From: an uncultured Desulfobacteraceae bacterium | GTDB taxonomy: Bacteria > Desulfobacterota > Desulfobacteria > Desulfobacterales > UBA5852 | Reading direction: 5' to 3' | DNA length: 64,000 nucleotides | Assembly (NCBI GenBank): GCA_913060875.1 | Contig: CAJXSL010000007.1 | Coordinates: 76,769 to 140,768, forward strand | Shown here: piece after piece, positions 44,582-53,200 of the stretch | Layout of the letters: every line of letters begins with the position of its first letter | Numbering within the stretch: position 1 is the stretch's first letter | The notes under the pieces: generated by a model | What the model saw: only the letters and a program-made list of their open reading frames with translations | What the model was told of the DNA's origin: nothing | Database searches by the model: none | Position numbers and translations under genes: made by a program

Positions 44582-45799
44582 TTACACCGGTATTCCTTTA
44601 GGATGCAAATCGATGCTCTCGGCATAGCGCGACAGGGCGCTGCGCAGTGCTTCGCGGTCAGCCGGGAAAGGCTGCCCCCGGTCGTCCTGGCGTTCAAACC
44701 GGGAGGAAAGCAGGTTCAGCTGGCGGTTCCTGCGGTCGACCTTGAGGTCGACCCGCGCCACCAGTTGTTCCCCGGCCAGCACCGGCAGGCAGTAATACCC
44801 GTAAATCCGTCGGGCGACCGGTTTGAAGATCTCCAGCACCTGGTCGAAACCGAACAGCAGCCGGACCCGGCCGCGATCCCACAGGACCGGATCGAAGGGT
44901 GAGAGCAAAACACCGCGATCTTGGCGAGGGCGCACCCGGGCAAGACGATCGGCCAGTTCCAGATCCCGGGGGCGAACCCAGCCGGGTATGCACCGGCCGT
45001 CTTCTCCCGTCAGGGCGCAGGGCCGGACGTCCCCTTTCCCGGCCAGGCGCCCCAGGGCTTCCAGGAGATCTTCCCGGGCGTTGCGGAACCGCCAGGTCTG
45101 GGCAAGGGTGCCGAGAGTGGCCCAGCCATGCCCCTTCAAGGCCTGCAGCAGCAAAACCTCCAGCGCGTCTTCCCTGGCAAGATCCCCCCGGCGCCAGCGC
45201 TCCGGTATGACCCGCTCGGTCAAGTCGTAGATACGCTGGAAATTGCGGCGTTCGCGAATGGCCAGAACACCGGCCGACCAGAGAGCAGTGGCCACCCGTT
45301 TGACGATCTTGAGGTCCCACCACCCGCGGCTGCCGCGCCCTTCCATGTCCAGGGAACGCAAGGGGCCCTCCTCCCGGATGCGGTGCGTCAGCGCCTCGGC
45401 AATCCCGGGGTGCTGCCCGATCAGGTCGCCCCACCAGGGGTGGTGCTGGAATTCTTCCCGGCGAAAGGCAAATACAGGGTAGTGTTCCATGGGCATCCAG
45501 CAGGCCTCGTGCCCCCAGTATTCGAACAGCGGCTCTCCCGGCTGAAGCAGCTTTTCCGCCAGGCCGGGATCAAAGCCTTCAAGACGCGACATGAGAACGA
45601 TGGCATGGCTGCGGGCGCCGGCCACGGCCACCGTGTCCAGCTGCAGGTAGCCGAAACGGGCGATAACGCGGTGGGCGGCCTGTCGTGCCCGCCGGCCCTT
45701 CCCCCTGGCCCGTCGGGGCATCCCCGTCCACTCCGGTTTGAGCAGCCCGGCCCGGGCCAGCGCCAACCGCCGTGCTCGTTTCACATCGATGGTTTCCAT
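44582..45799 (-). CDS. YcaQ/AlkZ-like winged-helix DNA glycosylase family protein
   Basis: Trimmed to METIDVKRARRLALARAGL... Also FGYLQLDTVAVAGARSH, YWGHEACWMP, YGYYCLPVL. Confidence 0.7.
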   Translation of the reverse strand: METIDVKRARRLALARAGLLKPEWTGMPRRARGKGRRARQAAHRVIARFGYLQLDTVAVAGARSHAIVLMSRLEGFDPGLAEKLLQPGEPLFEYWGHEACWMPMEHYPVFAFRREEFQHHPWWGDLIGQHPGIAEALTHRIREEGPLRSLDMEGRGSRGWWDLKIVKRVATALWSAGVLAIRERRNFQRIYDLTERVIPERWRRGDLAREDALEVLLLQALKGHGWATLGTLAQTWRFRNAREDLLEALGRLAGKGDVRPCALTGEDGRCIPGWVRPRDLELADRLARVRPRQDRGVLLSPFDPVLWDRGRVRLLFGFDQVLEIFKPVARRIYGYYCLPVLAGEQLVARVDLKVDRRNRQLNLLSSRFERQDDRGQPFPADREALRSALSRYAESIDLHPKGIPV

Positions 45800-45829
45800 C
45801 CCGTCGGCCTCTCTGATCCAGGACATCAG

Positions 45830-45855
45830 CCCTAATATTCCATGAAATATTAGGG
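45830..45855. repeat. perfect palindrome CCCTAATATT-CCATGA-AATATTAGGG related to the family-A terminus
   Basis: 10-bp perfect arms. The central ATTCCATGAAAT is shared with 32826-32837. It lies 31 nt upstream of the YcaQ-like ATG. Confidence 0.45.
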
Positions 45856-46326
45856 ATCGCGCCATATGGCCCACAGTCAAAAACAACAACTATCGATATC
45901 ATAATCAACGTCATTGTAGAATTGATTCTGTTCTGGAGGTGTATTTCTAAAAATCGGATAAAATCAAGCAGGAAGACTCAATGGACAATGATGGACGAAT
46001 ACCCCATCATAAAGCGACCGGCTGCGGATGGTAACCATAACATTATACCCAGTTTAGAAATGGCATGTTTTGTTCTGATCAAGGCCGCACAAAGGTTTGC
46101 GGCAAGGCGTACGATTGTACGCCGCAACCGCCAAACCCGCTCTGATCATTCACCATAAAAAACAAAGTACAGAGGCAAATCGTGTCCATCCAGAAATGGT
46201 AGATTTTGATTCCGAGCAAGGCCTGAGCGATTTGGAAACCGCAGGAATAGTCGACTATTTCGAGGATTTCCAAAGAGCGAAAACGCCGCTCGGGGTCAAA
46301 AGATGCCGTTTCTGGATGGGCACTTA

Positions 46327-47544
46327 CTATTTGATTTCATCGATGCTCAGTGGAAACACCGAAAGCGGCTCGCACCGGTCTTCGTATAGCACGATGGGGT
46401 TCTCGTAGCGGAACCCGATGTTTTCTTCCGGGCAGGCGTACTGCATGGCACAAATCAGCAGTTCGCCGGCCTGGTAGACATGCTCGGGATTGGTCCAGTA
46501 GGGAAAGGGGCCGTCGTTCAGGCCGATGCGCCACTCGTCGCCCATCAAGCCGATGCCGTGCTCGAACCCCGGCACCATATAGTCGGAAAAGCCCCGCTCG
46601 TCGGCAAAGCCGATCATCTGCTCGGCGAGGTCCGAAGGGGTGATGCCGGCCCGGTAGGTTTCCAGAGTCAGCTTGACGATATCGACGAAATTATTGGCGT
46701 GCCACCACTGCCGGTCCGTGACCGGGGCGATCAGGTAGTTGTGGGAATGATCCCCCAGCCCCAGCTTGAACATGGCGTGAATGTCGACCATCAAAGGATC
46801 GCCGGCCTGCAGTTCCCGGCGGGAAGCGGGTGTGCAGGCCCCGCCCACCAGGCCGGTGCGGTAGCCGCTGGCGATTTCATTGCCGCCGGTAAACGACCAT
46901 TCCCATTCACTGCCGGCCTTGCGCATGGCGTAAGCGGCCAACCCGGCGATCTCGGTTTCGGTCATGCCTTTCCAGCCGCCGTCCTTGATGGCATCGAACA
47001 CGGCCTGGTGGCCGATATCCACAATGCGCGAGGCTTCCCGGAACCGGTTGACCGTGCCCTCGTCCTTGATGACCGCCAGGGCGTCCACGATGGTATGGGC
47101 ATTGACCAGTTCACAGCCCGGCAGGGCTTCGCTGTAGCGCTCGTATTCATAGTGGGTGAGATTGCCCTCGGGAAGGTAGTTGGACATGCCGCTCTCGATA
47201 CCCACACGCCCCTTTTCGCCGGGCAGCAAATCCTTGATAAAGTCGGCAATCAGCTCGATCTGGTCCTGGCCGCCCATGGGGGCGAAGCCAAAAACATGGT
47301 CCTCGTCCAGCCAGGCATCGTCGGCCACACGGGCCGCATCGATGACAAAAGTAAAAGCCGTGGGCAGCCCTTCGGACGGAATCACCACGAAACTGCGCCA
47401 GGGGCAGAAGGCATCCAGGGTCCAGGAAAGGGTGCGCAGCCGGGAACCCAGATAGACATCGATATTCTCCTTGGCCATTGCCGCCTGGATGGCACGGATA
47501 CGCGCCGGGAAATCAATATAATAAGGATCGTTTGGAGTCGTCAT
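46327..47544 (-). CDS. M24 family metallopeptidase (Xaa-Pro peptidase/creatinase-like)
   Basis: 405 aa. Creatinase-type N-domain, then a pita-bread fold with DPLMVDIH...GDHSHN...FEHGIG. Confidence 0.75.
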   Translation of the reverse strand: MTTPNDPYYIDFPARIRAIQAAMAKENIDVYLGSRLRTLSWTLDAFCPWRSFVVIPSEGLPTAFTFVIDAARVADDAWLDEDHVFGFAPMGGQDQIELIADFIKDLLPGEKGRVGIESGMSNYLPEGNLTHYEYERYSEALPGCELVNAHTIVDALAVIKDEGTVNRFREASRIVDIGHQAVFDAIKDGGWKGMTETEIAGLAAYAMRKAGSEWEWSFTGGNEIASGYRTGLVGGACTPASRRELQAGDPLMVDIHAMFKLGLGDHSHNYLIAPVTDRQWWHANNFVDIVKLTLETYRAGITPSDLAEQMIGFADERGFSDYMVPGFEHGIGLMGDEWRIGLNDGPFPYWTNPEHVYQAGELLICAMQYACPEENIGFRYENPIVLYEDRCEPLSVFPLSIDEIK

Positions 47545-47572
47545 CTCTGTTTCTCCCTTTGGGGTTCTTCCA

Positions 47573-47980
47573 TCAATAAGCCGCAGGTATCGTGGACAAC
47601 ACCTTGTTCAGTCGATCGGCGATGGAGGCCAGCTTCAAAGCCTTGACCATGTTCCCCTTGAGCTTGAGTTTGCCGGTCATCAGGGCTTTCTGGGACCCCA
47701 GTTCGGCCCGGGAAATTTTGGCAAAGGTATCATACGCACCGGTGATCTTGAACTCGGCGGCCGGCGGCTCCCCATCCCCCAGCAGCAACTCGGCAAATTC
47801 ACCCTTTTCAAACCGGAAAAAGAGATAGCGGGTGCTGCCGTCCGGACAGTCGCGGTAGATGTTGGACATGGATGAAGTGATGAAATTCATTCGCTCCGGG
47901 CTCAGTTCGGATTTGAGCCGCTTTTCAGCTTCGTCCCGCCAGGCGGGGGTCAGGTATTGCATCGGATCCGTCATAGTCAC
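47573..47980 (-). CDS. SCP2 sterol-binding domain protein
   Basis: 135 aa. ...AYDTFAKISRAELGSQKALMTGKLKLKGNMVKALKL is the canonical SCP2 C-terminal signature. Confidence 0.8.
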   Translation of the reverse strand: MTMTDPMQYLTPAWRDEAEKRLKSELSPERMNFITSSMSNIYRDCPDGSTRYLFFRFEKGEFAELLLGDGEPPAAEFKITGAYDTFAKISRAELGSQKALMTGKLKLKGNMVKALKLASIADRLNKVLSTIPAAY

Positions 47981-48590
47981 CTCCTTGGTTTAAGGCTTGC
48001 AATCGATCTTCTTCCTGAAACAATCCCTGGGTAATCAAGGCGACAGTCTGGGTAAACATTGCCTCCTGGGCCCGATCCCGGGATATGATGTACATGCGGA
48101 TGATGAACATTTTGTAGACCGAAAAAATGATCTCCGGAACCGTGTCCAGATCCACAGACCGGAACCGTTTTTCCGCCATCCCCCGCTCCAGAATCGACCG
48201 AATCATGGCCACCGAATTGGCATTGATGTCGGCATAGGGATCATCGGCCGGGAACATGGGAAAAATGTCCGGATCGCGAATCAGCAGACGCCGCAAGGCA
48301 TCGTCCTCAGCCAGGTAAGCCACCGCCTTGCGGCACATGACGTGAAACTGCCGCGCCGCGTCCGCTTCCCGTTCGATGGCCTCCCGCACCCGTCCCTGCC
48401 AGCGGAGCAGGGCATGGCGCACCGTGTTCCGGTAGAGATCCTGCTTGTTGCGGGCATAACGATAGAGATTGCCCTTGGTCATGCCGAGCGCGGCGGCAAT
48501 GTCCTCCAGGGTCGCCTTTTTAAAACCGTAATCCGCAAAAACCCCCAGCGCGGCTTCATAAATGGTGGCGATGTTTTCTCTGGGTTTCAT
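47925..48590 (-). CDS. TetR/AcrR family transcriptional regulator
   Basis: Trimmed to MKPRENIATIYEAALGVFADYGFKKATLEDIAAALGMTKGNLYRYARNKQDLY. Its 3-prime end overlaps the SCP2 gene start. Confidence 0.85.
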   Translation of the reverse strand: MKPRENIATIYEAALGVFADYGFKKATLEDIAAALGMTKGNLYRYARNKQDLYRNTVRHALLRWQGRVREAIEREADAARQFHVMCRKAVAYLAEDDALRRLLIRDPDIFPMFPADDPYADINANSVAMIRSILERGMAEKRFRSVDLDTVPEIIFSVYKMFIIRMYIISRDRAQEAMFTQTVALITQGLFQEEDRLQALNQGGDYDGSDAIPDPRLAGRS

Positions 48591-48611
48591 ATGGCATAAC
48601 CTGCGGCGTAA

Positions 48612-48757
48612 ATAGTGCCCATCCCCAAATGGCATCTTTCGGCCCCTGGCAGCGTTCTCGCTCGTTTTCAATCCTCGCAATAGCGGGCTATTCCTCCGGT
48701 TTCAAACGAACTCGGGCCTTGCCAGGAACCAAAATCTACCATTTATGGACGGACACT
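48612..48757. mobile_element. MITE-like family-B element bounded by inverted copies of the 20-26-nt family-B motif
   Basis: ATAGTGCCCATCCCCAAATGGCATCT (48612-48637) and the inverted, diverged copy ACCATTTATGGACGGACACT (48738-48757). Internal complement CCTGGCA...TGCCAGG. No ORF. Confidence 0.4.
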
Positions 48758-48822
48758 TGAAATTTTTTTTCAGCCGAAAAAATGGTAGGCAATGATGTTT
48801 TTCACATCATCAAAGTCTATAC

Positions 48823-48857
48823 TATAAATAAACAAAATGTTCATTTGTTTATTTATA
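48823..48857. promoter_or_regulatory. perfect 14-bp inverted repeat TATAAATAAACAAA-N7-TTTGTTTATTTATA (operator candidate)
   Basis: Read directly from the sequence. It lies upstream of the TetR gene (start 48590) and is separated from it by the family-B element. Confidence 0.5.
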
Positions 48858-49226
48858 AAATCCCGCCTGTGATGTCAATCCTTAAATCCCTTTCTTGATT
48901 TCGAGCAGGCTGGCCGCCCTATGCGCCGGGTGCGGTTAGCCGTCGGCCGTCGTCTTGACATCAAGGGCAGACGGCTTACCCTACAGATAGGTATTGTCAT
49001 GATGACCGCGAATCAAAAACTTTCAACAGGCAAAACGGGCCGAATGATCGCGAGTTGCCCGGTGAACGTAACGGTTTTCAGCCCCACCCCGCCAGCACCT
49101 GTTCACAACGATGCTTCCACCGACTTCCCACTGAATGTAGAACAACCCTGACCCGAACATTCATGACATATTGTGGCACAATAAATTGTGTGAAATACTC
49201 GCACTAAGGACAGGGTGAATCATCCA

Positions 49227-49318
49227 TCCGGTGTGCCTGCCCATCCCGGAGGCACCATTTCGGAAACACGCCGGTCATCGAAATAGCAGGCGGATAGCGA
49301 TCCGCAAATGGCCACCGG
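49227..49318 (+). other. candidate structured 5-prime leader (multi-helix junction) of the cNMP-domain gene
   Basis: Closing helix CCGGUG (49228-49233) / CACCGG (49313-49318) encloses three hairpins: GUGCC/GGCAC (49233-49255), AUUUCG/CGAAAU (49257-49284) and GCGGAU-AGCG-AUCCGC (49290-49305). The RBS AAGGAGG is at 49341-49347. Confidence 0.3.
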
Positions 49319-49354
49319 GCATGTTCTTTCCGCATGAGGCCAAGGAGGTGTCCC

Positions 49355-49843
49355 ATGTATTTCAAACAATCCGATTTTTTTTCAGGAATGGACCACGCAT
49401 TCATCAAAGATATAATGGAAAAGGCCGAGAAAAGGTCTTTTGAGGCCGGTGAAACGATTTTCAGTGAGGGCGATCAAACCCGGCACTTCTACATCCTGAT
49501 CAAAGGCCATGTCAAACTGAGCATCGGCAGGGATGGCCACACGGTGTTCGTCATCAATCGCGCCGGGGAGTGCTTCGGGTGGTCCAGTCTGGTCAATCGC
49601 GCCCGCTACTCGGCTTCCGCCGTCTGCGCTGCGCCCACTACCCTGATGCGACTGGAGAAAACCCATGTCGGCACCATCCTGGAAAACCGTCCCTCTGAAG
49701 GCCTCATCTTCATGCAGCGCCTGGCCGAAATGATCAGTGATCGGTTGATGATGAGCTACCGCACGCTGGGATCCCTGGCCCTGCTCGCGTCGCATCCCTC
49801 GGAAGGCACCGGGCAGGTGCAGGAAGCGCTGGAACCGGCCTGA
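49355..49843 (+). CDS. stand-alone cyclic-nucleotide-binding domain protein
   Basis: The ATG at 49355 follows AAGGAGG. ...FEAGETIFSEGDQTRHFYILIKGHVKL...RAGECFGWSSL... is a cNMP-binding beta-roll. No output domain. Confidence 0.75.
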   Translation: MYFKQSDFFSGMDHAFIKDIMEKAEKRSFEAGETIFSEGDQTRHFYILIKGHVKLSIGRDGHTVFVINRAGECFGWSSLVNRARYSASAVCAAPTTLMRLEKTHVGTILENRPSEGLIFMQRLAEMISDRLMMSYRTLGSLALLASHPSEGTGQVQEALEPA

Positions 49844-49890
49844 CGACAGATAGCGTTGCCCGTCCCGGTGGCCAATAAACCATCAAGGAG

Positions 49891-50091
49891 GTGATGGCTA
49901 TGCAAGAAAGGAAACTGGAAAAAGATCTTATCTTCTTCAGCCCCGGCAAACCGGGGGCTGTTTTCACGTATCAAGCCGGTTATAGCGTCAACGATGACAT
50001 GCTCAACCAGACAGTGGACCATTTGGAATACGATACCGAAAACACGATCCGGTGGGTGGAGGAACGCCGGACCGTACCCCGGGAGATGTGA
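49891..50091 (+). CDS. hypothetical small protein (66 aa)
   Basis: AAGGAGGTG RBS. No recognised motif. Confidence 0.35.
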   Translation: MMAMQERKLEKDLIFFSPGKPGAVFTYQAGYSVNDDMLNQTVDHLEYDTENTIRWVEERRTVPREM

Positions 50092-50243
50092 GTCCGTTAC
50101 GCCCCGGATAACCGGACACCCGACCGTTCCCCTCCACATTGGTCGCTTTACCGCTGCCATGGGAAGGGGACACTCCAACCAACGGGACAGGCAACCCACC
50201 GCCGGAGGGCGTACACCACGCCTCCGGCGGTATGCGGTCCGCA

Positions 50244-53200
50244 TTACCCCACACGCCCCAGGGGATGCCCCTGGCGTGCCTCGACCGCCCGGGGAAATTT
50301 CAGGTAAGGGATGATGGCATCGTTTTTCCGTCCGCCGGTACCATCATAAGTGATGGGTACCACCGGCACGCCGGTGACCTCCTCGATGCGGCGGGCCATG
50401 GCCTCGGTGACCAGGGAAGGACAGCAGAACGCGGGACTGGCCTGAACAAAAAGCCTGACATCCGGGTGGTGCTTTTTAATGTAGTGCACCTTGAGCAGGT
50501 TATCCAGCGACTCACCGGTATGCTCGATACGCACCCCGTACTGGGCCAGAATCTTTTCGGGCGAATCGTCGAAGGTGGCCATGGGCTCGCCCAGCAGCGG
50601 TTCGAACATGCGGTAGTAGGTGCGCTCCAAACGGGTGATGGTGGCCATGAGAGCCTTGCTGGAAACCAGGGTCATGAATTTGCGCTCGAAAAACCACTTG
50701 CGGAAATAGGGGCTGGCGATCATGCGTGCGTAGTCCGAATAGGGCGTGGTCACCACTTCGCCACCGTGGCGCTCGATAAACCGGATCAGGTCCTGATTCA
50801 TCACCCGGTTGTCCCGCGAGTAAAGATCCCCGAAAATAGCCACTTTGGGCCGCTGCGTTTTCTTGACCGGCACCTTGGCGAAACGCTCCAGAACAGCCGC
50901 CAGGGCATCCTGTTTTTTGATGCGGCCCAGAAACGCTTCGTAAAGAATTTCCAGCGCCACCTCCAGCACCTGATCCACGTCCCCGGCATGGCATTCATAG
51001 GGCCGCAGCCGGCAGGCCACCCGTCGCAGCAGGCCGCCGAACATGTAGGCGAAGACGGCGTTGAAAGAGGCCCGGGGCGACACATCCATGAAAAACAGAT
51101 CCCCCACATAGACGCCCGCCTTTTCCAAGCCACCCCCGCGGGCATTGAGCAGGGATTTCATGTGGTGGGGATAAAGTTTGATATTACAGGCGAGGCAGGC
51201 CTCGCTCATCCACAACACCGTGTCTTCCGGCGCCAGGTCGTGGCGCTCCAGACATTCCGCAAACCCCTCCACCACGGCATTGATGGGGATGCACTGGCCG
51301 GTATTGTCCCGCAGGCTTTTGGCAATGGTGGCCTCGGTCTCCTCCATCAGCACCGCCTGTCTGCCCTCCCGCCGCAGCACGGCTTCGAGAAGACGCCCTG
51401 TCAACCGATCCCAATTGGGCAGCACGATGGTCCGGTCGGTCTTGCCGCGCTGCAGATCCGGATTCAACTGCTGCAGTGCCGGGGCCGGAACCGCAGCCGG
51501 AGCGGCTGTCTGGCAGTGATTGCGGAAGGCACGCACAGCGGCTTCGATACGGGTTTCGTATCCCACGCTGGAATCGTGCTCGTCCAATTCCAGGACAAGG
51601 TAGGGCTTGTCATGGGCCGCCATCAGTTTCTTGAAATAATCCTGGACAAAGGCATCCGGCGAGCATTTGAACGAAGTGACCAAGACCGGATAGAGTCCGG
51701 GGCTATGGGCCACTTTCTGGGCGGCTTCCATCACCCGGGCGGCATAACGCCAGTGGATCTCCCGGAGCAGGGGGCGGATGGCGCGGGTATCGTCAGGAGA
51801 CACATCCAGCATATCCTGGTAACAGCAGTCGATCCCCTGGCGATGAAACAAATCCGGGATGCCGCAGTTGAGGGCGGGTGAAAAAAGCGTGTAGGGCCGC
51901 CCCAGGAGAACGATGCGGATATCGTCGGAACGTGTCTCGAGGTGGTCCTGCCAGCGGGCCTGCAGATCCGCCTGTCGTTCTTTTTGAAACCGCTGTGCGG
52001 CGTCATAGGCCTGGTTCAGTTCACGAAAGGCGACCCGCCCGCCGGGAAGGTCGTTTAACATTCTATAAAGTTCCCTGCGGGTGTGAAACCCGGTGTAGAG
52101 ATAGCGGATGAGGGGCGACAGAAGTTTGGCGCCGCCTGTTTCCGCCGGCATACCGGCCAGCACGGGTGCGTATTGGGTGTAGTAGCAATACTGGCGACGC
52201 ACACTCCGCTCCCCCTGGCGATCTTCCAGGTAGACGGGCAGAAAAATGTAGTCGCAACGCCCCCTGAGATGGTGCACATGCCCCTGCAGGGCCGTCATCG
52301 GCGCACAGAACTCGGCATCCGTAAGGGGTTTGCCCACCCGGACGGCGTCTTTGAACGTTTCGCTGGTCACCGTGGGAAAGCCCAAGCGTTCAAAAAATAC
52401 CCGCCACAGGGGCAGATCTTCCACCAGGTGTCCGCCGGCCGGCAATCCGATGACCGGCCGTTTTGAACTTGGGGTCGCCTTGGGTCTTTGAAAGGCTTTT
52501 CGGCGCTGGGCCAGAAGATCGAAAGCCCCGCTGTCGGAGCGCACAAAATGCCGGGTTTCGTAGTCCCGCCCGCACAGGAAGCCATAGGCAACGGTCTCAC
52601 CGCCGACCTCGGCCACGGAGAGTTTGCAGTGATTGGTGCAAAGCTCGCAAACTTCCGAGCGCACCGGGATGTCGGCCCGCCACAGATCGATCCCTGCAAA
52701 GGTGGTCGCATCCGCGCGATCAGGCAATTGTCGATGCTCGTCCCGGAGTGTCAGCGCCGCTCCCAAAGCGCCGGTCAGGTGACAGTACTTGGAGACCAGG
52801 ATGGGCTTTTGGAGACGCTGTTCAAAGGCGGCGATCAGGGCACGATTTTTGGCCGTGGCGCCCTGAAAGAGGATCACCTCGCCGATGCGGCCCAATGAGG
52901 CCACTTTGAGCAGGTAATTTTCACGTACGGAGTGCAGGACCGAGGCCAGCACGTCGTCCGGATCCCAGCCTTCCGCCAGAAAGTGGTTCAAGTCCCGTTC
53001 CATGAACACGGTACAGCGGTCCGATGACAGGGGAGCCCGGCGGTTCTCAGTGCGCTCTGAGAACGTTTCCAGGGGGCAGCCGAGTTTGGCGGCCTGTTCC
53101 TCGATAAAGCTGCCCGTTCCGGCGGCACACACGGTGTTCATGGTGGCCGAGGTGACACGTCCGTCTTTCAGGGTCGTGAATTTGGCATCCTGCCCCCCGA

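Noticed and set aside
49174-49189. TGGCACAATAAATTGT as a sigma-54 promoter for the cNMP-domain gene
   Set aside because: The -12 element is shifted by one nt relative to GG-N10-GC and reads GT instead of GC.
50089-50091. Possible Sec or readthrough at the TGA ending the 66-aa ORF
   Set aside because: The downstream frame gives low-complexity sequence that runs antisense into the activase gene. There is no Cys-motif context and no hairpin.
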